A stretch of DNA of 62,020 nucleotides, filler included, from Intoshia linei (Eukaryota; Animalia; Orthonectida): assembly GCA_001642005.1 (NCBI GenBank). It is 4 parts of 4 records of this genome, joined end to end, with 100 filler letters (N's around TTAATTAATTAA, not from the genome) between each part and the next. Parts side by side here need not be neighbours in the genome. Positions count along the whole stretch, not along the records: positions 1 to 18,848 come from LWCA01000758.1; 3 more parts are not named here. One strand, 5' to 3'. Positions 1 through 13,300 of this stretch are shown here, in pieces; the stretch's first letter is position 1, and every line of letters starts with the position of its first letter. The notes below the pieces were generated by a model. The model was not told the origin of the DNA, searched no databases, and saw only the letters and a program-made list of their open reading frames with translations. The position numbers were made by a program, and so were the translations under genes.

Positions 1-1111
1 TCATTCCCCATATATTTTCTATTGGGTTTAGATCCGGTGAGCATGGTGGCCACGAAGAACAGTAATTTTTTTACGATTTAACCATTTTTTAGTCATTTTA
101 GACGCATGTATACGTGCATCATCTTGTTGGAATATTCTAAATTTTGTTTTGCAAGAAAATAAGAATTCATTTAGTATTGTTATATATTTTTCAGAGTTTA
201 ATTTTTCGTTTGTAAAACATAATTTAGTTTTAAATTTTTTTTTAAATCCTCCCCAAACCATTACACTGTTTCTTCTACATTGTCGTTTTAATTTGGATAA
301 TTGCTCTTTCCTAATACCGTGGAAATAGTAGGAATAACCATCTAGTTCGACCAAGTTAAAACGTTATTCATCGGAAAAACATATTTGATTCCAATTAATG
401 CACATATTGGTACGAGCAAAAAGTATCCTTTTTTCTATGTGGAGTTTTGTAAGGTTTGGGTATTTTATCATGACTCTTCGTTGAATGTTCGATGAGGAAC
501 ATAATTCCCGTTGTATCGTCCGAGTGGAAACGTCATTAAAAGAACAATTTGATTTTATTGAACTAGCACTAAGACGAGAATTAGACACTTCTCGCAATAA
601 AAGTCGTCTATCAGATGGACTTAATATCTTTGGGCGTCCAATTTTATTATTTAATTTTTTTGACAAACAATTATTGAGATACGTTTGTATGCATTTCCTA
701 CTTTTTGCTAATGTTATTGCAATTTTCGACTGGCTATGCCCTTCCTTTATCACATAATCAATAATTCCCTTTTCCCGTTCATTTAAATATTTTCCTTTAG
801 ACATCTTTATCAAAAATTGTGTATTTTATATGTATTTATTAATTAGATATATTTTAAAATTAATAAATTTAGCTTTAGTGCTAATTAATACCTAAAATAT
901 AATCTATTAGAGCACTTTTGTCGCGTGATCGATAATAAAAATAAATATTTTGGGGTAATTAGCGATGAATAATTGCAATAAATTATATTTATACACTTTG
1001 ATGTCATATGTAAGTGACATTTTCAAAATTTATTAAATTTTATTTTAATTTTTATCCAGAAAATGGTTTTAATAGCATTTTTATAGAGTGCCCTAACGTT
1101 TTGTCGGGGTG
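1..1111 (-). mobile_element. Tc1/mariner transposon remnant (transposase split into two ORFs)
   Basis: ORF 364-813 has an HTH, a GRP motif and 'ICFSDE'. ORF 28-354 has 'VMVWG' and 'FQQDDARIH'. The terminus ...TTTTGTCGGGGTG at 1111 is followed by TA. The element runs off the window start. Confidence 0.9.
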
Positions 1112-1329
1112 TAGTGTCACATTTTTTCAATGACACCTAAATTTGACATGATTGTGTGTAATTATAGACAATTTTATAATATCTCGTTTAGTTATTTTAT
1201 TCTCCATAACAATGTATATATTTGTAACGGGAATGGACAATTTCGAAGTGTCAAGCTAAACGATATTTGGAATTCAACGTATTAAAAAATTATCATTATA
1301 AAGTTTAATTATATTCTATATTGATAGGT

Positions 1330-4300
1330 GTAACATTGAATATAGTTTACATTTTGAATTGAAAGATAGTATTGAATTTATTAAAAACAATTCTGAATGG
1401 GTAATAGAAAACTTTGTACAGTTATTGTCTTTCGATTACAGTGTTAATGAATGTTATATAAAGTAATAGTGAATGTTTCTATATAAATTGTATTTAGATT
1501 TTTCATCGAAATAATAAGCCTTATGCTATATTTTGAATTACTCAATTATCATAATATCGACATAATCATTGGGACTATTTCCAAGTGTAATATATCTATT
1601 ATTTTCTATTTTCTCTATTTTAACTCGATTGATTGGATACACTCACCCTACGGGCTCGTGTATCACTCTTATTAACTAATTACATAAATACGAAAATTTT
1701 AAACCAGTCGTGTAAATAGCTATTATAGATACTGTATAGTAAAAAAATTGATGTATTTATCATTTTTGTATCGTTACATTGCTTATTTATATATTTCAGA
1801 TAAAAGAATTAACATATTACTCGATTCAACTAAATTTGCAGTATATTACATAAATAAACATTTATTAAATTATATTTTAGTTATCAGAATTATTACTAAA
1901 AATATATAAATTTAAATTAAAATTTATTATGAAAAGAATATTGAAATTTTCAATTATAACGGTTGGTCACATATCTACTGACCAAAAGGTGAGACATCAA
2001 AAATTAAAAATAGGTGATATGAACTTTGACCATAATATTGAACTGTACAAAGAATATAGATCTTCATTGTTCAATCAGGTATATGCATTGTTATTAGTAA
2101 TATTATGAAATATAATGTATAAGTATTTACTCGTATTATCATGCAAATAAACCGAACTAACCATTTTTAATTATTTGATGAATACCCTATAGCTAATTAT
2201 TAATTACACTAAATTAGTGTCTCATAAGTATTCAATAATATTGTTCGTCTTGCGTACATTTGATTTATTTATAAAAAATCTAAATTGATCTAAATTAATA
2301 AAAATAAAAAGTCACTATTCGAACGGATACATCATTTTAATTATCTGCGATAAAACGATTAATCTTTATATAAATTTAACTCAATATTTTTTTCGTTTCT
2401 AGGGGTAATGTTTGTTTTTTTTTGTATACAATAATCTGGTGTACAATGTACAGAGTACATTTAATTTTTCAAAAAATGTAACACCCTAAATATATATCAT
2501 TTCATATGTCGCATGAATCGGCAAATTGATTGAAATTTAAATAATTAAATATGAACATTTAATTTTAGATGAAATTGTGCACAAACTACTACAACAATAT
2601 TTACAAAACATCTACGTTTAATAGTCTGTATAAACAGTTGTATACAAAAAGTAACGAAACTCTGATGCATTACATTTCAATCGAATTTACAGGTTTACAG
2701 ATAAATCTTCTTTTTTTGATTATAACATTTTATATTCGATATATTCCATTTATTATGTTTTAATTACGATATTAAATTTTATAATATTTTGAAGTTAAAG
2801 TTTAGCATTTTTATATTAACACTATGCGTGTTATATACTTCATATGCAGTAGTTGGAAATGATAGAAATACTAACAAATTTTAAATTTATCACATTATTA
2901 CATAATATCTCAAATTATCACACGCATAGTGTAAAGTGAATCGTATTATAAGTTATTTGAGAGGTATCACATTATATATTTTACTGGCTTTAATTTTGTA
3001 TATTTTGTACAAGCAGCAGCTAGCTCTGCTGACGGTGGATTATTTCATTTTGATAAAAAATTTTTAAATCTACGCATTCTAGGTGAAAACAGCTTTTAAT
3101 ATATTATCAACAAATCTTATATATATATATATATAAATAAAACGCTTTTTTTCCTGTCTGATTTATGTATGTTTGTATGTGTAAATTACAAAACTAAATT
3201 GTTGATATCTCTGATACTACATATAATAGAATTCTGAAACAAATTAAATCTTAAAGTGCTTTTTTAGCGGGACAGGTCGTGTCTTATTTTGAAATTCTGA
3301 AATTAACATCTTATCTGTCAAAAGTCACATTTACTGATTTTGAAAATATAAAATATGAAAATATGATAATTAATTGTGTACAAATGTACACCGTTAACAA
3401 AAATTTCGGATTAGCATAATTTTTGTTTATACTTTAAAATATTTTGCTGGCCTTAATGACAAATTATTTCTGTATAATAAAATTTTATTTTTTTCGTGTA
3501 AAGCGGGAAACTGGAATTTTTTAATTCATTTTAATTATTTGAATATAATAAACTAGATATTTATTTTGCGTATAACATTTTTTTTGAATTTAGTCATTAT
3601 TTAGCCACATAAAATTCTCTTTCCATTAACTTAATCACGAATTAAACGATAATAAGAATATAATAAACCGGTTATGATGAGACCAACCTGGTTTTTTTGA
3701 AATGAAAAAAATTAAACTCTATTTTTTAATAAATTAAAAAATGGGCCCTCGACAGAGCTAACTGCTGTTTTTGGGAACTACATAACAATTAAGCTAGTTT
3801 GCAATATATTTAATTACTAACATGTAAATATGTTTATTTTAAAAATTTAGAAGAGAACAAAATATTTTACGAATGCATCGATAATTTATTATCATGCATT
3901 CAATTGGATAAAATGAATAAAAATTTAGTCCAAAATATATATAATTTATTTTATATTCGGAATAATCCATTTAATGAAGTAATACATGCAGAATTAAATA
4001 TACCTATATAATTATAAATGTATAATTATTATATATATATAATATATTAATATAATAGAAATGAATTGTGTTAATATTTATTAAATTCAATATAAGGCAT
4101 ATCTAATTCTTAGGTTGTTGAATCTTTAAATGCATTAATCATTGTTGATTCAAAATTCGAAAAAGATTTATACATAATTATATCATCTTATTTGGAAATT
4201 GAAACTATGAAAAATGTTAAATTTGATACATTTGATTTATCAAAATTTACAATTTTAATAAAGTAATATTATTATATGTAAATTCAAATATGATTGAAGA

Positions 4301-7300
4301 CTTAAATAATACTTAAATTTTAAGTTATTATCATAAAATAGATGAATAAATATTACATTGATTATTTCTTTTCATCTAATATTAATATTACTATTGAATA
4401 TAATATAAACAGTATATTTTTAAAACTCAATTACATCTATGAGTCAATGAAAAATTAGAGTTAATGAATCATATTAGTTTGATAAATATCATTAAATTAA
4501 AATTTAATTATTATCATTTTGTACAGTTATAATTATTAATATTAATTATAATTATTAATTTATAATATTAATATATATGTAATTTATAACCATATTTTGT
4601 TAATAAGAAATTTAATTATCTAGTTTTAATGATACTAGTTTCTTATAAAATTCCGATATTATCTTCATCTATATATTAGCTATTTATTTATTGTCAATAA
4701 TATAATTTATTTCCCATTTCTATCTAAAATCAGAAACATTCATGTTCTAAATTTTTATGTTTTGTAGAAGAAAACTGAAAATTCATCAAATTTTTAAGTT
4801 ATTTTACTAAAATTTGAACAAAAGTACTTACTGAGTTTTACTATAATGAGTTTTTATTTTGTAAAACTAAGTACTTAGCACTTACTTCGTTTATAAAAAA
4901 ACTAAGTTGGACACACTAATATAGAGCGTATATTATTATTTATTATATATAATTTATTATTCAAATTTAGAAACATACAACATTCAAATATATTTTATGT
5001 ACAATCTATTGTTCTGGCTAAAATTGGATTAATAAAAACTTTGGTCGATATATTTTCTTTATCTTTTGATATATATCAAGAAGAATTTCAACAAACTAAA
5101 TTATCAGTAATTTTCAATAATTAAAATAATTCACGATAGAAGAAACAACTGTGTACTATACAACATATATTATTTTTTTAGCGATTCATATTATTTATGA
5201 TTTTCAAAGGTTGTAATTATAATTGGATTTTTTTTAAGATCATACCTCATAGTCTATAATAAATTGAAAAATCGGTATAAAAATTAAAACGTTGCTCGAC
5301 AATGCTAGCTGCAGTCTTATATTAATCATAATCGTCAAGCTAGTAATACAATTTTAAATGTATATGTTAAATTTTTTTAAAATTAACATAATAATTTTTT
5401 TGACACTAATTAATTACTGGTGTGACTCTTAAATATAAATACATAAAAAATATTCATTTTAAATACTTAAACATATAGTAATACATCATAAAGTAAAATT
5501 GTTAAAAATGAATGTTTTATTTATTTGTTTATTTGTAAGGGAAGTCGAGTTTACAAATTCCATATTCTTATAACAGTTTTTCCAGTGTGATGTTTTATCG
5601 CAAATTTCAATTTCAGAAATTAAGTCCTTCAAGGTTAAAATTCCCAATTATCCTTTACTTTTAAATTTAACCCGTCCTAGAATTATAAAAATTACACATT
5701 CTAATGAAATCTTTTAAATTTATCAATATTATGATAATTTTTAATTTCAAAATCTTATATCTTCACGGCCAAAATTACAATTACCCTTTTTTTGTAAAAA
5801 TTGTATTGTATTTATAATTTTATACCATATAAATTCTGGAATAGTTTTTAAATATATAAGCATTATCATAAATGGTAACCTAATAAAAGGTCATTTTTAC
5901 GTACACACATTTTGTCTAATAAATTAAAAAAATGGGATAACAATTTTTTTTATAATACTTGACAAAAATGTTAACAAAATGAAATAATTCATTTTAAATG
6001 AAAAGGTAATGTGATATGACGGATCAACCTGAAATAAGTATTGGAACCACTCCTTTAAAGGATTAATAATAGTGAATAGTAGCAATTCCAAGTGAAAATT
6101 GGTTTTCGTCTATAATTTTCGCATATTTTGTTAAATTTCACAGTAAGTTTTCGAAATGACCACCATTAAATTGGATAGAACAATTTATGCGTTTCAGGAA
6201 GTTATTATAAATATTATTATTATTAATTATTCAATTTGTGTAATTTTATACAATTCATTGTAAGTTTATTAATGACTATGCAAATTTTTTACAATTATTA
6301 CAATTATTATTAAAATTTATTATTAGATTCAACAAAGAGTTTGCATCACAATATGCCGATTCATTTACTTGTACGTATCAACTAATGAAAATAACAAATC
6401 TGAAATGTTTGAATATATATCCATATTCATTGATAAATTTACTTTTTTGTCGGGTACCATTATATTATTTATTTCATTATATTTTATCTTTATTATCGTT
6501 GAAATAATTTTTCTAAAAAGCGCTTCCAATCAAAATAAATAAAAAAAAATAAAAAAAAATATAAATAAATATAAATATATCCTTACTTATTTAATATGCT
6601 ACGCAATATTTGTTTGTGTGTGTGTTCCACTTTATTTCAATAACTATCAGTCTTAGAATTTTATAAAGTCCAAATTTCAATTACATATTTTTCCGGGGAT
6701 GATAATAAGATAAATTTCAACCTTCCAAACTCACATCTTACGGGTCAAAAACACCAATTGTTTTTCTTTTTGAAAATCAAACGAATTTGAGAATTTAAAA
6801 AAATATATACGCTGATACGGATTTAAAATCACAAACATTATCATAAATTTAAATTTAAAAAAAGTATATCTTTAGTGCCAAAACCCTAAATGACCCTTCT
6901 TTTATTATGAAAATAGCCCTAGAATTTAACAAAATTTATAGGTGGTACAGTTGTATCCTGTTAATACAGACAAAAAATTGCAATACGAATAATAGACGAC
7001 TTTATGGTCAAAAAAGCATTTTAGTATTCATATATTTTTTTTCCGAAATATTTTATTAAAACAAGAAATGTGAAATAATTAACGGTCCGAAAATTAAAAA
7101 ACAGATTATTCTGATAAAGCTTATTCCAGTTGATATAAATACTAAAGAGAACCCGACAAATATGCGTTCCCGATGAAAAATAATTTTTAATATATTATCA
7201 ACCAATATTCTTCAAATATTTCGATTATAAATAAAAATTAAAAATGTAAATATTGATCCTACAATTTATATTTCCAATAAATAAATATGGGTGAAAATCT

Positions 7301-10300
7301 ATATAATTTATTCCTTCGAAATTTTTTTCATTGCTACGTCATTTTTAACAACGAAACTAAAAGTCAAACAACTTTGTTAATATCATTTTTATATTTATTA
7401 CAATCCTTTGCAATATTTGTAAAATTCGACTGAAATATGTTTATAAAAGAAGATTCGGTTAATTATTGATACAAAATTGGTATTTTTAAGTATTTATTGA
7501 ATTGGTACTCAGTATATATCATCACATTGAAAATGACAAAATAAGTTTTTATAATTTTATTTTTTCTGGAATTTATGCTATTTTGACAAAATACTAGGAT
7601 TGGATTGTTTGGACTTTTTGACTTATTTTTAATATTATACACACGTTCTATTTAATAAATTAAAAAAATGGGATAACAATTTTTTTTAAAATTTTTTAGG
7701 CAAATGTTAAAAAACAAAAAATTAAGATGGAATAATTCACATTAACGTAAAAAGAAATGTGATATGATGGTTCTACCTGAAAAAAATTTGGGAACCACTC
7801 TTTTAAAGGACTGATACTAGTGAATAGTAGGATTTTTAAGTTAGATTTTTAACTTGAATTTATTTTTTTGGTATAATAAAAATGTGCCCTGGGCAGAGCT
7901 AGGTGCTGTTTGTACGTAGTAAATAACAGTCAATGTAGTAATATTATAATTATAGTTAAAATTTATGATACAATTTAAAAAATTAGAAAAATTTTTCGGT
8001 AGTGTTTATGTGTATAAGTAAAAGTTTACACACACAGAATCAATTTTTATATGCAATTTTTACTTTATATAGATAATATTAACTAATATATTGACTATAG
8101 ATGCAATTGGGTTGAAATATGGATCTCTACCTATCCATGTTATCACTGAAATATTTAGAAATTCTTTACAACTAATTTGTCATATAAATCAGAATATGAT
8201 TGAAAAATTTATTTATGAATTATCAAGAAATTATAATAAAAACAGCATTAGACATTTTGGAATACCAGATCATTACAATTGGAATCCAATTTCTAGCTTG
8301 AATTATATAAACTTTTTTATTAAAACCCTACAAACTAAAGGTAACCATTACTACTAATATCACACTTTTTATATAGCATACATTAATATACAGAAATGAC
8401 ACGTTAATTTTCAACACGTCCCATTATCTGTTTTAATTATAGGATGATTTTATTTTTAAAAAAAAATGAAAAAATTAGATTTTGGTCCTTTAAGACTCAA
8501 GTCGGGAAATAAAATTTGCAATACTCTTAGGTACTTATGTAGTCATAGGATAGAAATTGGTTTTTTAAAATTTTAGAAATGTTAATTCTTTAAATAAATG
8601 GTAACACACGCATAAATTTAATTTACATTAGCAATGGACTAGCTTAACCATATAACTACCAATCAAAAAATATAAAGAAAAAACTTCCATAATGGCTCCA
8701 GCTATCTTAGGTTGCCGCTACCGCCCACTTTAGGAATCATATAACTAATTTATGCAAAAGTATTTAACATTTTTAGATGGAAGTTTAATTGAAGTATATT
8801 CAGATCTTGTGTTCAAAATGATAGTAAAAAGTACAAATATAGTGAATCTTATTTCGAAACGATGTATTTAAAATATGAATTAATAATACAAAATGTATTT
8901 TAGCTAATAAAAATGCATTATTAACATCAAATGATCTATATGATGATATAATATATTATATTCATTTATCTTTAAAGATTATTTTTAGAAATCGGGAATC
9001 GTAACTTAATTAAATCTATGTTTATTTTATTGTTTGTAGATTTTATATGATGCTTGAAATAATGTCTGATGATTATAGCATTACACAAGTCATCTATCGC
9101 AAGTAATACGTTTCTTTTTTCTTTTCAATATATTGATTATTAGCTTGCATGACTACACTGAACATTATATAGATAATATCGATATTTCTAATATTAACAT
9201 TGGTTTATATAGTTTGAAATATTATAAATTAATAACTGAATTTATTTTACTAATTATAAAATCGAACAATAAAGTGGTAACAAATGATGTACAAAAAAAA
9301 CTAGTGGTTCGAAATATCATTCAATTGAACACTCTCTCTAAAATTTTATCAACCAATTATATCATTCTATTGGCAAACGAAGTAAATGAGTTTAATAAAA
9401 CTGACGGTAATTATTTGATTATTTTGCAAATATCTTTTTACTGCTTCAAATATTGCTTTTGGAAATGCATAATAATTTTATTGATGTAATACGGTTTGTA
9501 CGACAATCTATTATTCTTAATATAATTTCATATGTAATATACGTAAAATCATAAATTACTTCTGTCTCGAATTTTCTCCAATAAATTTTAACTTAAGAAG
9601 TTAGTTTCCATCTGTTTACAAACCATACTATATTATGACTTTAATTTTAGAAATCCAAATAATTACTCTCAAACCAGATATGAAACGCAGTATATTTGAT
9701 TTATTAACAAGTTTGTACAAATTTGAAACCGAAGAAACATTTTTTCAAGTTTATGATTCGTGCTTTCTAATCGATTTAAGAGTTGCAGCTTTTCTAAGTA
9801 AGGTACAAATAAAATTTTTTACTTAAAACATTGATGATGAATTTTGAAATTCTAATCTTATACATATTAATTTATTAATTACATTTTGATATATGTATAT
9901 TAGAGGTGTTCCAAAATATGGAAAATACTGTCATTGGTAACAACTTTAAGTCACAAGTTGTGAAATTTTGATTATGAGCAAATAATCAAAAAAATTATTT
10001 TTTTTCACCACGAATGAAGTGTCGTACGCAATTTTAATTTCCTATAGAAAACACACCTGAGATTCTTTGATTTTTTTAATTCGTTATTTAAAATGAAATA
10101 AAAGTTTAATTGCCGTAATTCTTTGATCATGGTACTAAGTATAACTGCTACCACATGTATTCGTGGTATTTTAATTTATAGTCATATTGATAATATATAT
10201 TACAGTTGTATATATTTGGGTGTAACATTTTTTTGAAAATTGTAGAATTCGATGGGCTATAAATGGATTAGAAAATAAAAAAACTAATTCGCAATCAAAA

Positions 10301-13300
10301 ACATTTAAAGATATCTATTCGAGTTTGCGTTTGTCATTTTAAACATCCCTGTATAAATATTATGGAGAAATTAAAACTGAACTTTATTTTAAAGGAAATT
10401 GGAGTTTTATCTTTTAAACGTGGTATCGACTTTATGATATTGTTCTTTATGTTTAGTTATAGTTTATGTAATAATGAACAATAAAAGATACAGTAAAAGC
10501 TTTAATTAACAAGAAAACGATTTTAAGATCGGTAATATAAATGTAAGTAAATATAAGATCTATTTTGGTATCTATCACTACACCTCCCACACTAAAATTG
10601 TTAATAATCTAATAAATGAGAAGGTGGTCGAGATTTTCTGTGAGATTGACGTGATTTGAATGGTGGTTGTAGTTTTGAAATGATTGGATTATTTTTAATA
10701 AATTTTTGGTAATGATTTAAATGAGATTTTTGAATTTTATTAGTATAATTTTTGCTTACTCGTTTGTTGTGTATGCTTTTTTGATATTTTATTTGTTCAT
10801 TTAATTTTATTCTTTCAACGTATTTTTTATTGTGCATGTTATACCCCAACACTATTTCTGATGGTGTGACGCCATTTTTGCAGAAAACTGTTGATAATAA
10901 ACTCATTAATATTAAGTTAATGGTGACATCCCAATTTTTATTATTAAATATATTCGAATTTTTTCTGATAACTCTATTCATTCTTTCAACAAGACCATTT
11001 TCATTATGACAGTATGTTATTGAGTGAGTTTTGTTAATATTGTACATTTTACATAATTTAATTATTACATCGCTTTCGAATTGTTTTGCACTATCAAAAT
11101 GTATTTCACTTGAAGGACCATATCTTGTAATTATGTTTTTTATAAGGAAATTTGCAATATTTGTACTATTTATTTCCGTAAGGGGTTCAACCTCTACCCA
11201 TCCTGAATAGTGATCGCACATTACTAGTAAATATTGTTTTAATTCATCAGTGGTTTGTACTGGGCCAAGTATGTCAACTTGCCAAAGTTGATTAAAATAA
11301 TTAATAGTTACAGACTTTAAGGGTTTGTAATGGTTGTGATTTTGATATTTGTTTAAATTACATTTTTCACAATTCATGATGTGATTTTTTATGTCTCTAT
11401 ACATGTGAAGCCAATTATATTCAGTCTTTATAGCTTGTAATTTCTTGAAAATTTCTGGATGTGCAAATGCACATGAATTATAATAATAATTAGCAATTTT
11501 TTTTACTTGATTATCTGGTATTAATATTAGTAATTTGTTGTTTTCATTTAAATAAACAATATCATTAATAATTTTGATTTTAGGCATTAAAGAATAGTAT
11601 TTATTTGACGTTTGTACTGTACCATTTTAAATTTGATTGATTTAATTTGATTGATTGATTGAAAATAATTTGATTTAAATTAATATCATTATTCTGTAGA
11701 GTTAATGCACTTAATTTATTAAATTGTATTGAATTAACCTTGCGAGATAGTGTATCAACCGTGTGATTTAAAGATCCTGGTCTATATATGAATTCATAGT
11801 CAAAAGCTTCAATCTTTAATAACAACCTTTTAAGTACCTCTGGGGCATTTTTTGATTGTCTAATATGATTTAAAGGTGCATGATCAGTGATAATTTTGAC
11901 TTAAATTTTTGAAATGTATTTTCTGAATTAAGCCGTACTTAGATATGCAGCCAATAGTTCTTTTTTTGTTGTGCTATATCCCATTTGGCAATCATTTAGT
12001 TTTTTGCTGAAGTATTCAATCACTTTACCATTTTGTATTAATACGGCTCCCACTCCTACATTTGATGCATCGCATTCAATGATGAATGGTTTTCCAATTT
12101 CAGGTAATGATAAAACTGGTGTAGATTTTAATGCTAATTTTAAATTTTCAAATGATTTGTTAGCTGTTTCAGACCATATAAATTTCTTTTTGTTTTGTGA
12201 GGTTAAATAATGGTTCAGCTATTTCTGTATATTTTTTTATAAATCGTCGGTAAAAATTACAAAGACCTAAAAATCTTTTAAGATATAATATAAATTTAGG
12301 TGGTTGAATTATATCAATTGCTTTCACTTTTTCATTGTCAACACTAACCCATTTTGATTAATTACATGGCCTAAAATGTTTATTGACTAGCTCCAATTAC
12401 ACATTTTCCTGGTTTACTGTTAGTCCGGATTTATGTAATACTTTTAAAATTTCATCTAAGTGAATTTTGTGTTGAGCTATAAATGGTGATGCAATGATCA
12501 TGTCATCAAGATATTCTATAGCATTTTCAATTTTAGCCAATACTTTATCCATCAATCGTTGGCATGTCGCTGAGGCATTTTTTAGGCATTACGGCATAAC
12601 TTTAAATTGATAAATTCTTTTTTCAAAGGAAGTTGTGAATGCTGTCTTATATCTATCCCTTTGTCTTAATGGAATTTGCCAGATTCCGCTGGTCAAATCC
12701 AAAGTGGAAAATATTTTTGATTTGATAGGAAATTTAAACACTGTTTTAAATCAGATGTGGGATATGTATCTCGAATGGTATGTGAATTAAGTTGTCTAAA
12801 GTCGAGTACCATTCTATTTGATCCATAAGATTTTTTTTAAAGAAATAGTTTGACTTATAAGGACTATATGTTGGACACGGTTCTATAATTCCTAATTTTA
12901 ATAGTTGTTTAATGTAAATTTTATGATTTTCAATATTATTTATTCCAATATAATGGTTTTGAACTTTTAAATTTTGCATGTGGATTTAAATCTAGAATGT
13001 GTTCAATTTGTAAGGTTCTTCCAGGTGTAGTGGAAAATACACTATGATACTTAGATACTATAAAATCATTCTGATTATTCAAGGATTTAATGTTATTACA
13101 ATATTTAATTAATCCTAACTTCAATGCATCTTTGTAACCTATTAAATTTTGTATAGATGTTATTTCAAATTCAATAATGGTTCCACAGACTAATTTTAAT
13201 TTTGAGTGACCAAAAACTTTTATCTCATCACCATTTGCAGATAATAATTTTTTATTGAATAATTCTGACTTTGGATTAATTAATTTAAATGTTTTAAGAT

